A DNA stretch of 32,000 nucleotides from Opitutus sp. GAS368 (GTDB taxonomy: Bacteria; Verrucomicrobiota; Verrucomicrobiia; Opitutales; Opitutaceae), in assembly GCF_900104925.1 (NCBI RefSeq), contig NZ_LT629735.1, forward strand, positions 372,291 through 404,290. The letters are read 5' to 3'. The notes below the pieces were generated by a model, which had not been told where the DNA came from, ran no database searches, and saw nothing but the letters and a program-made list of their open reading frames with translations. The position numbers and the translations under genes were made by a program. Positions 6,693-15,831 of this stretch are shown here, one piece after another. Numbering within the stretch: the first letter of the stretch is position 1; each line of letters begins with the position of its first letter.

Positions 6693-9311
6693 TTGCCCCA
6701 CCGATTGAAACATCGTCCATTGCAGGCCAGCGTGAATCTTCCTCCCGGCCAATACACCCTGCCCGAATCAGAGCTGTTCGCCCAGCTCGGCAGCTCCGCC
6801 AACGGACTCACTTCCGAGCAGGCCGCGGCCGTTTTAAGCAAGGTCGGCCCCAATGCCGTCGCCGCCGGCGGGCGCCATTCCATGCTGCGCGATCTCTTGG
6901 ATCGGTGCCGTAACCCGCTCGTCATCCAACTCCTGGTCATCGCGATCGTCTCCTATTTCATGGACGACATCAGTTCGACGGTCGTCGTCGGCGCGATGGT
7001 GTTCCTGAGCGTATTCCTCTCCTACGTTCAGGAGGCGCGTTCGTCGCGCGCGGTGGAAAAACTCCAAAAACTCGTCACCACCAACGTGCACGCGTTGCGC
7101 GACGGCAAGGAGACGGCCGTGCCGCTGGAGCAGATCGTGCCGGGCGATGTCGTGATCCTCGCCGCGGGCAGCCTGATCCCCGCCGATCTGCGTGTGCTCT
7201 CGGCCAAGGACTTCTTCCTTACCCAATCGGCCCTCACCGGCGAGTCGATGCCGGTGGAGAAGACGGCCGACACCAATCAGACCGCCGGCAAGGCGGCGTT
7301 TGAATTCACCAACGCCTGCCTGATGGGCAGCAACGTCCTGAGCGGATCGGCGCGCGCCATCGTGCTCGCCACCGGTCCGAAGACCTATTTCGGCTCCCTG
7401 GCGGAAAAGCTCCTGGGGAAGCGCGAACCCACGAGCTTCGACAAAGGCGTGAAGGACTTCACGTGGCTGATGATCCGCTTCATGATCGTGATGGTCTCCG
7501 TCACGTTTGTCATCGTCGGGCTGACCAAGGGCAACTGGTCGGAAGCGCTGCTGTTCGCGCTGTCCGTCGCGGTCGGCCTGACCCCGGAGATGCTGCCCAT
7601 GATCATCACGGTCTGCCTTTCCAAGGGCGCCCTGCGCATGGCCCGCAAGAAGGTCATCGTGAAGCATCTTCACGCGATCCAGAATTTCGGCGCGATGGAC
7701 GTGCTGTGCACGGACAAGACCGGCACCCTTACGCAGGACCACGTCGTCCTGGAGCGCTATGTGGATGTGACGAACCGGTCCAGCGAGGACGTGTTGCGTT
7801 ACGCCTACATGAACAGTTTCTACCAGACGGGCCTGCGCAACCTCCTCGACCGCGCCATCCTCGCCCATTCCGACCTCGACGTGGAACGCGACTGCCGGAA
7901 GGTCGATGAGATACCCTTCGACTTCAAGCGGCGGCGCATGTCGGTCGTCATCGATCACGAGGACCGCCACGTGCTGATCTGCAAGGGTGCCGTCGAGGAG
8001 ATCGCCGCCGCCTGCGAGCACTACCAGGTCGACGAGGACATCAATCCCCTCGTGCGGCTCATCCGCGACGATCTGCTGGACGAATACCGTCACCTCAGCG
8101 CCGACGGTTATCGCGTCCTCGCCATCGCCTACCGGGAGTTTGACCGCACGAAGCAGACCTTCACCGTCGCCGACGAATCCGAGCTGATCCTGCTCGGTTA
8201 CGTCGCGTTTTTCGACCCGGCCAAGGACACCTCCGCTCGCGCCATCGAGGCGCTCACCCGCTCCGGCGTCACCGTGAAGATCCTCACCGGCGACAACGAA
8301 CTGGTCACGAAAAAGGTCTGTCACGACGTCGCCATGCCGATCACCCGGGTGGTCACCGGCCCGCAGCTCGCCGCGCTCGACGAGGAAGCCTTCGGCCGCG
8401 AAGTGGACGAGGCCAACGTCCTCGCGCGCCTGACCCCCGACCAGAAGGAAAAGGTCATCAAGACGCTCCGCGCGCGGGGCCACGTCGTCGGCTTCATGGG
8501 GGACGGCATCAACGACGTGCTCGCCATGAAGGCAGCCGATGTCGGCATCTCCGTCGATACCGCGGTGGACGTGGCGAAGGAATCCGCCGACATCATCCTG
8601 CTGGAAAAGAGCCTGCTCGTCCTCGAGGACGGCATTCTTGAAGGCCGGCAGGTCTTCGGCAACATCATCAAATACATCAAGATGGGGGCGAGTTCCAACT
8701 TCGGCAATATGTTCAGCGTGGTCGGCGGCGCCTACTTCCTGCCCTTCCTTCCGATGGCGCCGATCCAGGTGCTCGTGAACAACCTGCTCTACGATTTCTC
8801 CCAGGTTGGCATCCCCCTCGACCATGTGGACCCCGAATACCTGAACAAGCCGCGCCGCTGGAACATCAAAAGCATCCAGAACTTCATGGTCTTCATCGGC
8901 CCGATCAGCTCCATCTTCGATTACGCAACGTTCTTCCTGATGCTGTATTTCTTCGGCTGCGCGGCGTTCAGCACGGCCGGCGCAACGGAAGCCGACAAGG
9001 CGCATTGGGAAGCCCTGTTCCACACGGGCTGGTTCGTCGAGTCGCTGCTGACCCAGACGCTCATCGTCCACATCATCCGCACGCAGCGCATCCCCTTCAT
9101 CCAGAGCCGGGCGAGCCGGCCGATGATGTTCACGACTTTCCTCATCATGGGCATCGGCCTCTGGCTGCCGTTCTCCCCCTTCGCGCACTTCCTCGGCTTC
9201 ACCCCGCTGCCGGGCGTGTTTTTCCTCTGGCTCGCGGCGTTTCTTGTCGCCTACAGCGTGCTCACGCACATCGTCAAAATGTGGTTCGTGCGTCGATTTG
9301 GCATGGATTAA
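6693..9311 (+). CDS. mgtA: Mg2+-importing P-type ATPase
   Basis: CTDKTGTLT phosphorylation site, TGDN, and GDGINDVLAMKAADVGISV. The N-terminal GLTSEQAAAVLSKVGPN and overall 872-aa layout match MgtA/MgtB. Confidence 0.9.
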   Translation: MPHRLKHRPLQASVNLPPGQYTLPESELFAQLGSSANGLTSEQAAAVLSKVGPNAVAAGGRHSMLRDLLDRCRNPLVIQLLVIAIVSYFMDDISSTVVVGAMVFLSVFLSYVQEARSSRAVEKLQKLVTTNVHALRDGKETAVPLEQIVPGDVVILAAGSLIPADLRVLSAKDFFLTQSALTGESMPVEKTADTNQTAGKAAFEFTNACLMGSNVLSGSARAIVLATGPKTYFGSLAEKLLGKREPTSFDKGVKDFTWLMIRFMIVMVSVTFVIVGLTKGNWSEALLFALSVAVGLTPEMLPMIITVCLSKGALRMARKKVIVKHLHAIQNFGAMDVLCTDKTGTLTQDHVVLERYVDVTNRSSEDVLRYAYMNSFYQTGLRNLLDRAILAHSDLDVERDCRKVDEIPFDFKRRRMSVVIDHEDRHVLICKGAVEEIAAACEHYQVDEDINPLVRLIRDDLLDEYRHLSADGYRVLAIAYREFDRTKQTFTVADESELILLGYVAFFDPAKDTSARAIEALTRSGVTVKILTGDNELVTKKVCHDVAMPITRVVTGPQLAALDEEAFGREVDEANVLARLTPDQKEKVIKTLRARGHVVGFMGDGINDVLAMKAADVGISVDTAVDVAKESADIILLEKSLLVLEDGILEGRQVFGNIIKYIKMGASSNFGNMFSVVGGAYFLPFLPMAPIQVLVNNLLYDFSQVGIPLDHVDPEYLNKPRRWNIKSIQNFMVFIGPISSIFDYATFFLMLYFFGCAAFSTAGATEADKAHWEALFHTGWFVESLLTQTLIVHIIRTQRIPFIQSRASRPMMFTTFLIMGIGLWLPFSPFAHFLGFTPLPGVFFLWLAAFLVAYSVLTHIVKMWFVRRFGMD

Positions 9312-9314
9312 TTT

Positions 9315-10157
9315 ATGCGTAGTGTCCTCACCGCCCTGCAGGAAGGCCGGCTCTTCGAGCTGCCCGATACCGGAAAACCGCGCTCGCTGACGTTTCTCGC
9401 GCGCATTCTCGATGCCAACCCCAACATCGAGGTCGGCACCGATGCCATCGAGGAGATCCAGGTCCGGGAACAGGAATGCAACACCGGCATCGGCCTGGGC
9501 GTCGCCGTGCCCCACGTGCGCGCACGGCGCGACGAGGGCGAGCTCTTCTGCGCCATCGGCTGGTCGGCCCAGGGCATCGATTACGGCGCCCAGGACGGCG
9601 CGCTCGTCCACCTCGTGTTCATGTATTACATTCCGGGCGCGCAGAAGAATGTCTATCTGAAGGAAATCTCGACCCTGATCAAGGCCGTCCGCAAGAGCGG
9701 CGGCATGGAGCCCATCGCGCACGCGCCCGATCTTAACGCGGTGCGCAACCTGCTCCTCGACTGGGTCAGCATGGTCGCCGGCGAGGCCGGCCCCGAGGCG
9801 GTGGCCCGTATGATCAAGCTGGACCTGAAGCAGGCGCAGGCGCCTTCCGGTCAGCCCGTATCACCCCCGGCGGTCGCGACGCCCGCACCGGCGGCTCCGG
9901 CACCGGTCGTTCCGCTGCCGCCCGCGGCGCAGGTCGCCACTTTCAGCGTGCTGATCGCTCCGCCGGCCACGGCCTTCGTGCTGGCGCACGACGCGGCCTG
10001 GAGTACCGCGATGGAAAAAGAGGGCAATCTCGGTCCGCGCCTCGCGGCGGGCACGCCGTTTACCGTCGCCGGGCGCCAGATTTTCGTCACCGGCGCGTCC
10101 CGCTATGAGGGCGACCGGACCCTCTACTACTGCGTGGCCGTGGTGACCGCCGTGTAA
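9315..10157 (+). CDS. PTS EIIA-type-2 (PtsN/EIIA-Ntr-like) domain protein with Pro/Ala linker and an unassigned ~85-aa C-terminal domain
   Basis: GIGLGVAVPHVR is the putative phospho-His loop, followed by LVHLVFMYYIP. Next come the P/A-rich linker PVSPPAVATPAPAAPAPVVPLPPAA and a C-terminal domain ending YYCVAVVTAV. The ATG lies 3 nt after the mgtA stop. Confidence 0.75.
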   Translation: MRSVLTALQEGRLFELPDTGKPRSLTFLARILDANPNIEVGTDAIEEIQVREQECNTGIGLGVAVPHVRARRDEGELFCAIGWSAQGIDYGAQDGALVHLVFMYYIPGAQKNVYLKEISTLIKAVRKSGGMEPIAHAPDLNAVRNLLLDWVSMVAGEAGPEAVARMIKLDLKQAQAPSGQPVSPPAVATPAPAAPAPVVPLPPAAQVATFSVLIAPPATAFVLAHDAAWSTAMEKEGNLGPRLAAGTPFTVAGRQIFVTGASRYEGDRTLYYCVAVVTAV

Positions 10158-10262
10158 CGGGCGGCCTCGCCCGCGCACCCGGCGGAATCCGCCCCGCCCG
10201 CTCCTCCCCCGACCAGACCGCCTCCGGAGGCCTGATACCAATCGCCTCAAGCTACTACACTC

Positions 10263-10338
10263 TACACCAAGGTCGCCAAGACCGCGAAGCAGATCCTGCG
10301 AGGGGAAATATCTCTGCGTTCTTTGCGGCCTTCGTGTA
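10263..10338. repeat. Word-array palindrome, period 9 (element E)
   Basis: Left array: three 9-nt units each ending in aag (tacaccaag, gtcgccaag, accgcgaag). Right array: ctctgcgtt, ctttgcggc, cttcgtgta, which are imperfect reverse complements in mirror order. It sits between the convergent 3' ends of the EIIA-like gene and waaA. A separate perfect 15-bp palindrome, taacgtaatacgtta, at 10359-10373 overlaps the waaA stop codon. Confidence 0.75.
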
Positions 10339-10370
10339 AAAGCTTTGGGTGTTTGGTATAACGTAATACG

Positions 10371-11684
10371 TTACAAATTATCGGTGCCGAGCTGCGCGCG
10401 GATGACGGCCAGTGTGCGCTCCGTCGCGCCGCGGTTGGCTTCGCTCCATTCGCGCGCCGCGGCCGCCAGTTTTTCCCGTTGGGCGGAGTCCTGCAGCAAT
10501 TCCACCGCCACGCTGATCAGCTCGCTGTGCGTCTCCACCTTGCGCACCGCGCCGGCCTCGGTGAGCGAGCGGATGATGTCGCGGAAATTCGTCATGCGCG
10601 GCCCGTGCAGCACCGGCTGGCCGAGGATCGCCGCCTCGACCGGCGTCTGGCCGCCCTCGTGCGGCGCCAGGCTCTTGCCCGTGAACACCAGGTCGGCCAG
10701 CTGCGTGAATTTCCGCAGCTCGCCCGTCGTGTCGCCGACGGCGACATCAACCGTCCCCAAGGCCGCGCCCTCGGAGCGGAAATGAAACTTCAACCCGCTC
10801 TTCTCCAGCAGGCCGCGCAGCTCCTCGCGTCGCTCGGCATGTCGCGGCACCAGCAGGAGTGACACCTTGAGCCCCTTCTCCCGCGCGGACTTGAGCGCCG
10901 TGACCAGCGCCACTTCTTCGCCGGCCCAGGTTGAGGAACCAAGCAGCACGAGCCCGGCGCCGAGACCGAGTTCACGCCTCAGCGCCGCCTTGTCCGCCTC
11001 GGCCAGCAGCGGAATGCTGACATCGAGCTTGAGATTGCCGGTGGTCTGCAACCGCTCCGGCGGAAACCCGAGCGCTTTGAACCGCTGCTCGTCGCGCTTC
11101 GCGGCGCACAGCACCCGGGTGATGCCGACAGCCAGCGGCCGCATGAGCGCGCGGAAGCGCAGCGAGCGCTTGAAGCTGCGGTCCGACATGCGGGCGTTGA
11201 TGCTGATGACCGGCACGCGATGCGCCTGCGCCTGCGCCACATGCTCCGGCCAGCGCTCGCCCTCCATCAGGATGGCCAGGTCGGGCGCGACCTTCCGCCA
11301 CGCCGCCGCGCTGAAGGCCCACCAATCGAGCGGGAAGTAGCCGATGCCCGCCGTCAGCGCGCCGTATTTCTCCTTCGCCAGCCGGTAACCGGTGCTGGTC
11401 GTGGTGGTCAGGTAAACCTCGACGCCGGCCTCGCGTTTGAACGACTCCAGCAACGGGGAAACAGCGAGCACCTCGCCCACGCTGACGGCCTGCAGCCAGA
11501 TGCGTTTCACCCCGGCCGCCTTGGCCGGCAGCGGCGGCACATCACCGAAGCGGTGCCAGAAACCCTCGGCATAGCCGCCCCGCCGCCGCATCCGCCACAG
11601 GTAATAGGGCGACGCCAGCAGCAGCAGCGGGAGAAACAGAATTCTATAGATCCAGATCAAGGCGGGGTAACCACTAATGGACAC
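10371..11684 (-). CDS. waaA: 3-deoxy-D-manno-octulosonic acid (Kdo) transferase
   Basis: N-terminal TM anchor then RIWLQAVSVGEV, matching the E. coli WaaA motif region, within a GT30-like layout of 437 aa. The start is GTG at 11684, inside repeat element A. Confidence 0.9.
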   Translation of the reverse strand: MSISGYPALIWIYRILFLPLLLLASPYYLWRMRRRGGYAEGFWHRFGDVPPLPAKAAGVKRIWLQAVSVGEVLAVSPLLESFKREAGVEVYLTTTTSTGYRLAKEKYGALTAGIGYFPLDWWAFSAAAWRKVAPDLAILMEGERWPEHVAQAQAHRVPVISINARMSDRSFKRSLRFRALMRPLAVGITRVLCAAKRDEQRFKALGFPPERLQTTGNLKLDVSIPLLAEADKAALRRELGLGAGLVLLGSSTWAGEEVALVTALKSAREKGLKVSLLLVPRHAERREELRGLLEKSGLKFHFRSEGAALGTVDVAVGDTTGELRKFTQLADLVFTGKSLAPHEGGQTPVEAAILGQPVLHGPRMTNFRDIIRSLTEAGAVRKVETHSELISVAVELLQDSAQREKLAAAAREWSEANRGATERTLAVIRAQLGTDNL

Positions 11685-11728
11685 TAAGAGACACTAATGA
11701 TTAGTGAGGAATTAGTGTAGATTAGTGG
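11671..11728. repeat. AT-rich word-array palindrome, period ~10 (element A): 3x CACTAA(T/G) then 3x ATTAGTG
   Basis: ccactaat-gg-acactaag-aga-cactaat-g-attagtg-aggaa-ttagtgt-ag-attagtgg. There are three 6-8 bp mirror segments: 11671-78/11721-28, 11681-87/11712-18 and 11692-98/11700-06. It overlaps the waaA start codon and lies 21 nt from the 3' end of the upstream gene. Confidence 0.9.
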
Positions 11729-11748
11729 TTAACTCCGGCTGCTTGGCT

Positions 11749-12837
11749 TTACTGGCCGAGGACCCACGCAAAGATCAGCGGCGCCACGATGGTCGCGTCG
11801 CTCTCGACGATGAACTTCGGCGTCTTGGCGCCGAGCTTGCCCCAGGTGATCTTCTCGTTCGGCACGGCGCCGGAATAGCTGCCGTAGCTGGTGGTCGAGT
11901 CGCTGATCTGGGCGAAGTAGCCCCAGAGCGGCACGCCGGTGCGGCCGAGGTCCTGATGCAGCATGGGCACGACGCAGATCGGGAAATCGCCCGCGATGCC
12001 GCCGCCGATCTGGAAGAACCCGATCGAGCCCTCGCCGTTGCGAAGCCGTTTCGCCGTCTTGGTATACCAGGCGGCCAGCCAGGTCATGTATTCGATGCCG
12101 GTGCGGACCGTGTGGACGTTCTTGATCTCACCGGTCACGACGCGACCGGCATACATGTTGCCGAGCGTGGCGTCCTCCCAGCCGGGGACGATGATGGGGA
12201 GGTTCTTTTCGCAGGCGGCGAGCATCCACGAGTTCTTCGGGTCGATCTGGTAATATTTCTTCAGTTTCCCGCCGCGCAGGATCTTATACATGAACTCGTG
12301 CGGGAAGAAGCGCTGGCCCGACTGGTCGGCGGCGAGCCACTCCTCGGCCACGGCGGCCTCGATGCGGCGCATGGCCTCGCCCTCGGGGATGCAGGTATCG
12401 GTCACGCGGTTCATGTGGCGGTCGACGAGATCCTGCTCGTCGTCGGCGGTGAGGTGGCGGTAGTGCGGCACGCGCTCGTAGTAGTCGTGGGCGACGAGGT
12501 TGAAGATGTCCTCCTCGAGGTTGGCGCCGGTGCAGACGATGGCGTGAACCTTGTCCTGCCGGATCATCTCGGCGAGGGTGATGCCGAGCTCGGCGGTGGA
12601 CATCGCGCCGGCGAGGGTCACGAGCATCTTGCCGCCGGCCTGCAGGTGGGTCTCGTAGCCCTTGGCCGTGTCGAGCAGCGCCGCGGCGTTGAAATGGCGG
12701 TAATTCAGCGCGATGAACTTGGAAACCGGCCCCTTCTTTTTCGCCAGGGCGGCATTGACGTGTTCGGGCAGTTTCTTGAGGCGTTTGGCTTTGATCATTT
12801 CCCACCCAGCTAGAAACCGGCGCCGGCTTTTGGCCAC
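11749..12837 (-). CDS. Deoxyhypusine synthase family protein (DHS-like / homospermidine-synthase-like)
   Basis: TGANLEEDIFNLVAH, FFQIGGGIAGDFPICVVPML and SDSTTSYGSYSGA are typical DHS-family blocks. The ORF starts with GTG at 12837; an alternative ATG at 12798 gives MIKAKRL. Confidence 0.85.
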   Translation of the reverse strand: MAKSRRRFLAGWEMIKAKRLKKLPEHVNAALAKKKGPVSKFIALNYRHFNAAALLDTAKGYETHLQAGGKMLVTLAGAMSTAELGITLAEMIRQDKVHAIVCTGANLEEDIFNLVAHDYYERVPHYRHLTADDEQDLVDRHMNRVTDTCIPEGEAMRRIEAAVAEEWLAADQSGQRFFPHEFMYKILRGGKLKKYYQIDPKNSWMLAACEKNLPIIVPGWEDATLGNMYAGRVVTGEIKNVHTVRTGIEYMTWLAAWYTKTAKRLRNGEGSIGFFQIGGGIAGDFPICVVPMLHQDLGRTGVPLWGYFAQISDSTTSYGSYSGAVPNEKITWGKLGAKTPKFIVESDATIVAPLIFAWVLGQ

Positions 12838-12864
12838 ACTAAATTCGGCGGCCTCGCCGTTCAG

Positions 12865-12914
12865 TGGAGGGCTCAGCTCCAGCTGAGCCGCGGCCCAGCT
12901 GGAGCTGGGTCCTC
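12865..12914. repeat. Family 2 variant doublet: GGAGGG - hairpin - hairpin - CCTCC
   Basis: ggaggg gctcagc-tcca-gctgagc cgc (g)cccagc-tgga-gctggg t cctcc. It has the same architecture and 'agtggaggg' left flank as the 30885 copy, but different stem sequences. It sits in the divergent promoter region between the DHS-like and M16 genes. Confidence 0.85.
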
Positions 12915-12977
12915 CAATATTCAGCCCTACCTCGAAACTTGCAGTCGGCCCGCGGGTCCGAAGACTCCTCCTCCGTC

Positions 12978-15818
12978 ATGCTCCTCTCCCGCCCCGCCCG
13001 CTTCCGCCTCGCCTTCACCGCCCTGCTGCTCGCGCCCCTGCTGGCCTTGGCCGCCGACTTCCCGCACGAGACCAGTGACCTGCCCGCCGATCCGGGCGTC
13101 ATCTGGGGCAAGCTCGACAACGGCCTGCGCTACGCCCTCCAGCACAACCCCGAGCCCCGCGGCCGGGTCAGCGTCCGCCTCGCCGTGCGGGTCGGCTCGA
13201 TCTACGAGAACGACAACCAGCGCGGCCTCGCCCATTTCCTCGAGCACATGGCCTTCAACGGCAGCCGGCACTTCCCGTCGGCCAACGTCGTCGAGTTCTT
13301 CCAGCAGCTGGGCATGGAGTTCGGCGGCGACACCAACGCCTCCACCGGCTTCGACCGCACTGTCTACCAGCTGGAGCTGCCCGACACCAAGCCGGAAACC
13401 CTGCGCCAGTCGCTCACCTTCTTCGCCGACGTCGCCGGGGGCCTGCTGCTGGAGACGAAGGAAATCGAGAAGGAACGCGGCATCATCCTGAGCGAAAAGC
13501 GCGCCCGCGACTCCGTCGGCCTCCGCACCTTCCAGGCCGAGCTGGAGTTTCTCGTCCCCGAGACCCGGTTCCCGCAGCGCCTGCCCATCGGTATCGACAA
13601 GGTCATCCAATCCGCCGACCACAACCGGTTCGTCGAGTTCTACAACGCCTGGTATCGCCCCGAGCGGATGGTGCTGATTCTCGCCGGCGACTTCGACCCC
13701 GCGGCCGTCGAGCCGTTGATCAGGGAACTCTTTGCCCCGCTCGCCGCCCGCGCCCCCGCGCTGCCGGAGCCACGCCTCGGCTCGGTCGCGCCGTCCGACG
13801 ATGTCGTCGCCCTGCTGCACACCGAGAATGAGGCCGGCAGCACCAATGTCGCCCTCGAGACGGTCGTGCCCTACGCCTTCGAGCCCGACACCGCCGCCAA
13901 CCGCCTCAAGGACCTGCCGCGCACGCTCGCGCTCAGCATGCTCAACCGCCGGCTCTCCATCCTCTCCAAGAAGGAAGGGGCGCCCTTCCTCAGCGGACTG
14001 GTCGGCGTGACCGAGCAGTTCGACTTCTTCCGCAACGCCTCCATCGAGCTCAACTGCCGCCCCGACCAGTGGTCGGCTACGCTCGCCGTCGCCGAGCAGG
14101 AGCTGCGCCGCGCCCTCGACCACGGCTTCCAGCCGGAGGAGCTCGCCGAGGCGGTCGCCGAGATGCAGAACAACCTGGAGCAGGCCGTCCAGACCGCGCC
14201 GACCCGTCGCTCCCCCGGCCTTGCCGACAAGCTGGCCGACGACCTGATCGACCGCAACGTCACCACGCACCCCAAGGCCGACCTCGCGCTCTACGCTCCC
14301 GCGCTGGCGGCCATGACGCCCGAGGCGTGCGCCGCCGCCCTCAAGGCCACCTGGAACGAGGCCGCAGGGCGCCGGATTTTCGTCAGCGGCAACCTCGAGC
14401 TGGCCAAGGCGCCGCAGAACATTTCCGCCGCCTACGCCGCCAGCCGGCGCACCATTGTCACGCCGCCGGCCCGCACCGCGTCGGCCGCGTTCGCCTACAC
14501 GGATTTCGGCAAGCCCGGCAAGGTGGGCGACACCAAGGCCGTGGACGACCTCGGTGCCACGCTCGTCGAGTTCAAGAACGGCGTGCGTCTCAACCTCAAG
14601 CCCACCGACTTCGAGGCCGGCCGCATCCGGGTCTCCGTCCGCATCGGCGGCGGCATGCTCACGCTGCCACCCGGCCAGCGCGGCCTCGCCCTTCTCGCCA
14701 ATGTCGCCTTCACCACCGGCGGCCTCGGCAAGCACAGCGTCGACGACTTGCAGCGCCTCCTCGCCGGCAAGACCGTCGGGCTCGGCTTCGGCGCCCAGAC
14801 CGACGCCTTCACCTTCACCGGCACCACCAACCGCGACGACCTCCTGCTGCAACTCCAGCTCTTCTGCGCCTACCTCACCGACCCGGGCTACCGGCCCGAG
14901 TCCCTGCGTCAGGTGCACAAGGCCGCCGACCAGATTTACACCCGGCTCGCCCACACGCCCGACGGCCCGCTGGAGCTCGAGGTCGCCAACCTCCTCGCCG
15001 GCGGCGACCCCCGCTTCGGCCTGCCCCCGAAGGAAGTTCTCCTGGCCCGCACGCTCGACGAGCTGAAAGCCTGGCTCACGCCGCAGTTCGCCAAGGGCCC
15101 CATCGAGATCGCCATCGTCGGCGACTTCGATCCCGCCGCCACCCTCACCGCCGTGGCGCAGACCTTCGGCGCGCTGGCCAAACGCCAGAAAAAGCCCGGC
15201 TACGACGACGCCCGCCAGGTCGCCAAGCTCGCCGCGCCCGTCGCCAAGGCCTACACCGTCGAGTCCGAGATTCCCAAGGCCCTCGTCCGCCTCTACTGGC
15301 CCGCCACCGACAACCGCGACGTCAAGCTCGCCCGCCGCCTGCGGCTGCTGGCCGACGTGTTCGCCGACCGCCTTCGGGTGAAGATCCGCGAGGAGATGGG
15401 CAGCACCTACAGCCCCGGCACCGCCACCGACCTCAGCGAGACCTACCCCGGCTACGGCTACCTCATCGCCGAGGCCACCGTGGCTCCCGACGACACCCGC
15501 CGCATCGCCGACGCCATCAAGGCCGTGGCTGCCGCCCTGCACGACGGCGGCGTCACCAATGAGGAACTCGTCCGCGCCAAGCAGCCGGTGCTCACCGCCC
15601 TGCGCGAGAGCGCCCGCACCAACGGCTACTGGCTGGGCACCGTCCTCGCCGCCGCGCAGGAATTTCCCGAACACCTCGAGTGGAGCCGCAGCCGTTACAG
15701 TGACAATGAGAGCGTGACCGTGGAGGAACTGAGCGCCCTGGCGAAAGAGTATCTCGATCCGGCCCGCGCCTCCGAGTTCATCGTCACGCCCGTCCCGCCG
15801 AAACCAGTCGGGCCGTGA
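12978..15818 (+). CDS. Secreted M16 (pitrilysin/insulinase) family zinc peptidase, double-module
   Basis: HFLEHMAFNGS provides the HxxEH zinc motif, and the length fits two tandem M16 active/inactive module pairs. I prefer ATG at 12978, which gives a signal peptide MLLSRPARFRLAFTALLLAPLLALAADF. The ORF-track start at 12864 lies inside the repeat. Confidence 0.85.
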   Translation: MLLSRPARFRLAFTALLLAPLLALAADFPHETSDLPADPGVIWGKLDNGLRYALQHNPEPRGRVSVRLAVRVGSIYENDNQRGLAHFLEHMAFNGSRHFPSANVVEFFQQLGMEFGGDTNASTGFDRTVYQLELPDTKPETLRQSLTFFADVAGGLLLETKEIEKERGIILSEKRARDSVGLRTFQAELEFLVPETRFPQRLPIGIDKVIQSADHNRFVEFYNAWYRPERMVLILAGDFDPAAVEPLIRELFAPLAARAPALPEPRLGSVAPSDDVVALLHTENEAGSTNVALETVVPYAFEPDTAANRLKDLPRTLALSMLNRRLSILSKKEGAPFLSGLVGVTEQFDFFRNASIELNCRPDQWSATLAVAEQELRRALDHGFQPEELAEAVAEMQNNLEQAVQTAPTRRSPGLADKLADDLIDRNVTTHPKADLALYAPALAAMTPEACAAALKATWNEAAGRRIFVSGNLELAKAPQNISAAYAASRRTIVTPPARTASAAFAYTDFGKPGKVGDTKAVDDLGATLVEFKNGVRLNLKPTDFEAGRIRVSVRIGGGMLTLPPGQRGLALLANVAFTTGGLGKHSVDDLQRLLAGKTVGLGFGAQTDAFTFTGTTNRDDLLLQLQLFCAYLTDPGYRPESLRQVHKAADQIYTRLAHTPDGPLELEVANLLAGGDPRFGLPPKEVLLARTLDELKAWLTPQFAKGPIEIAIVGDFDPAATLTAVAQTFGALAKRQKKPGYDDARQVAKLAAPVAKAYTVESEIPKALVRLYWPATDNRDVKLARRLRLLADVFADRLRVKIREEMGSTYSPGTATDLSETYPGYGYLIAEATVAPDDTRRIADAIKAVAAALHDGGVTNEELVRAKQPVLTALRESARTNGYWLGTVLAAAQEFPEHLEWSRSRYSDNESVTVEELSALAKEYLDPARASEFIVTPVPPKPVGP

Positions 15819-15831
15819 TGGGCCCTAGCTT

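Noticed and set aside
6606-6913. Possible Mg2+ riboswitch (M-box) or proline-rich leader peptide upstream of mgtA, including ORF 6671..6913 (MKFAAIRLAPPIE...).
   Set aside because: The intergenic gap is only ~88 nt, too short for an M-box of about 160 nt. The candidate leader ORF is 80 aa and runs out of frame through the mgtA N-terminus rather than being a short stand-alone leader. Only a direct 'aattcgcc' duplication is visible.
10220-10231. 12-bp perfect palindrome gcctccggaggc downstream of the EIIA-like gene as a terminator.
   Set aside because: It has no loop and no U-tract. It is too short to separate from chance in GC-rich DNA. I note it only because it repeats the GGAGG/CCTCC theme.
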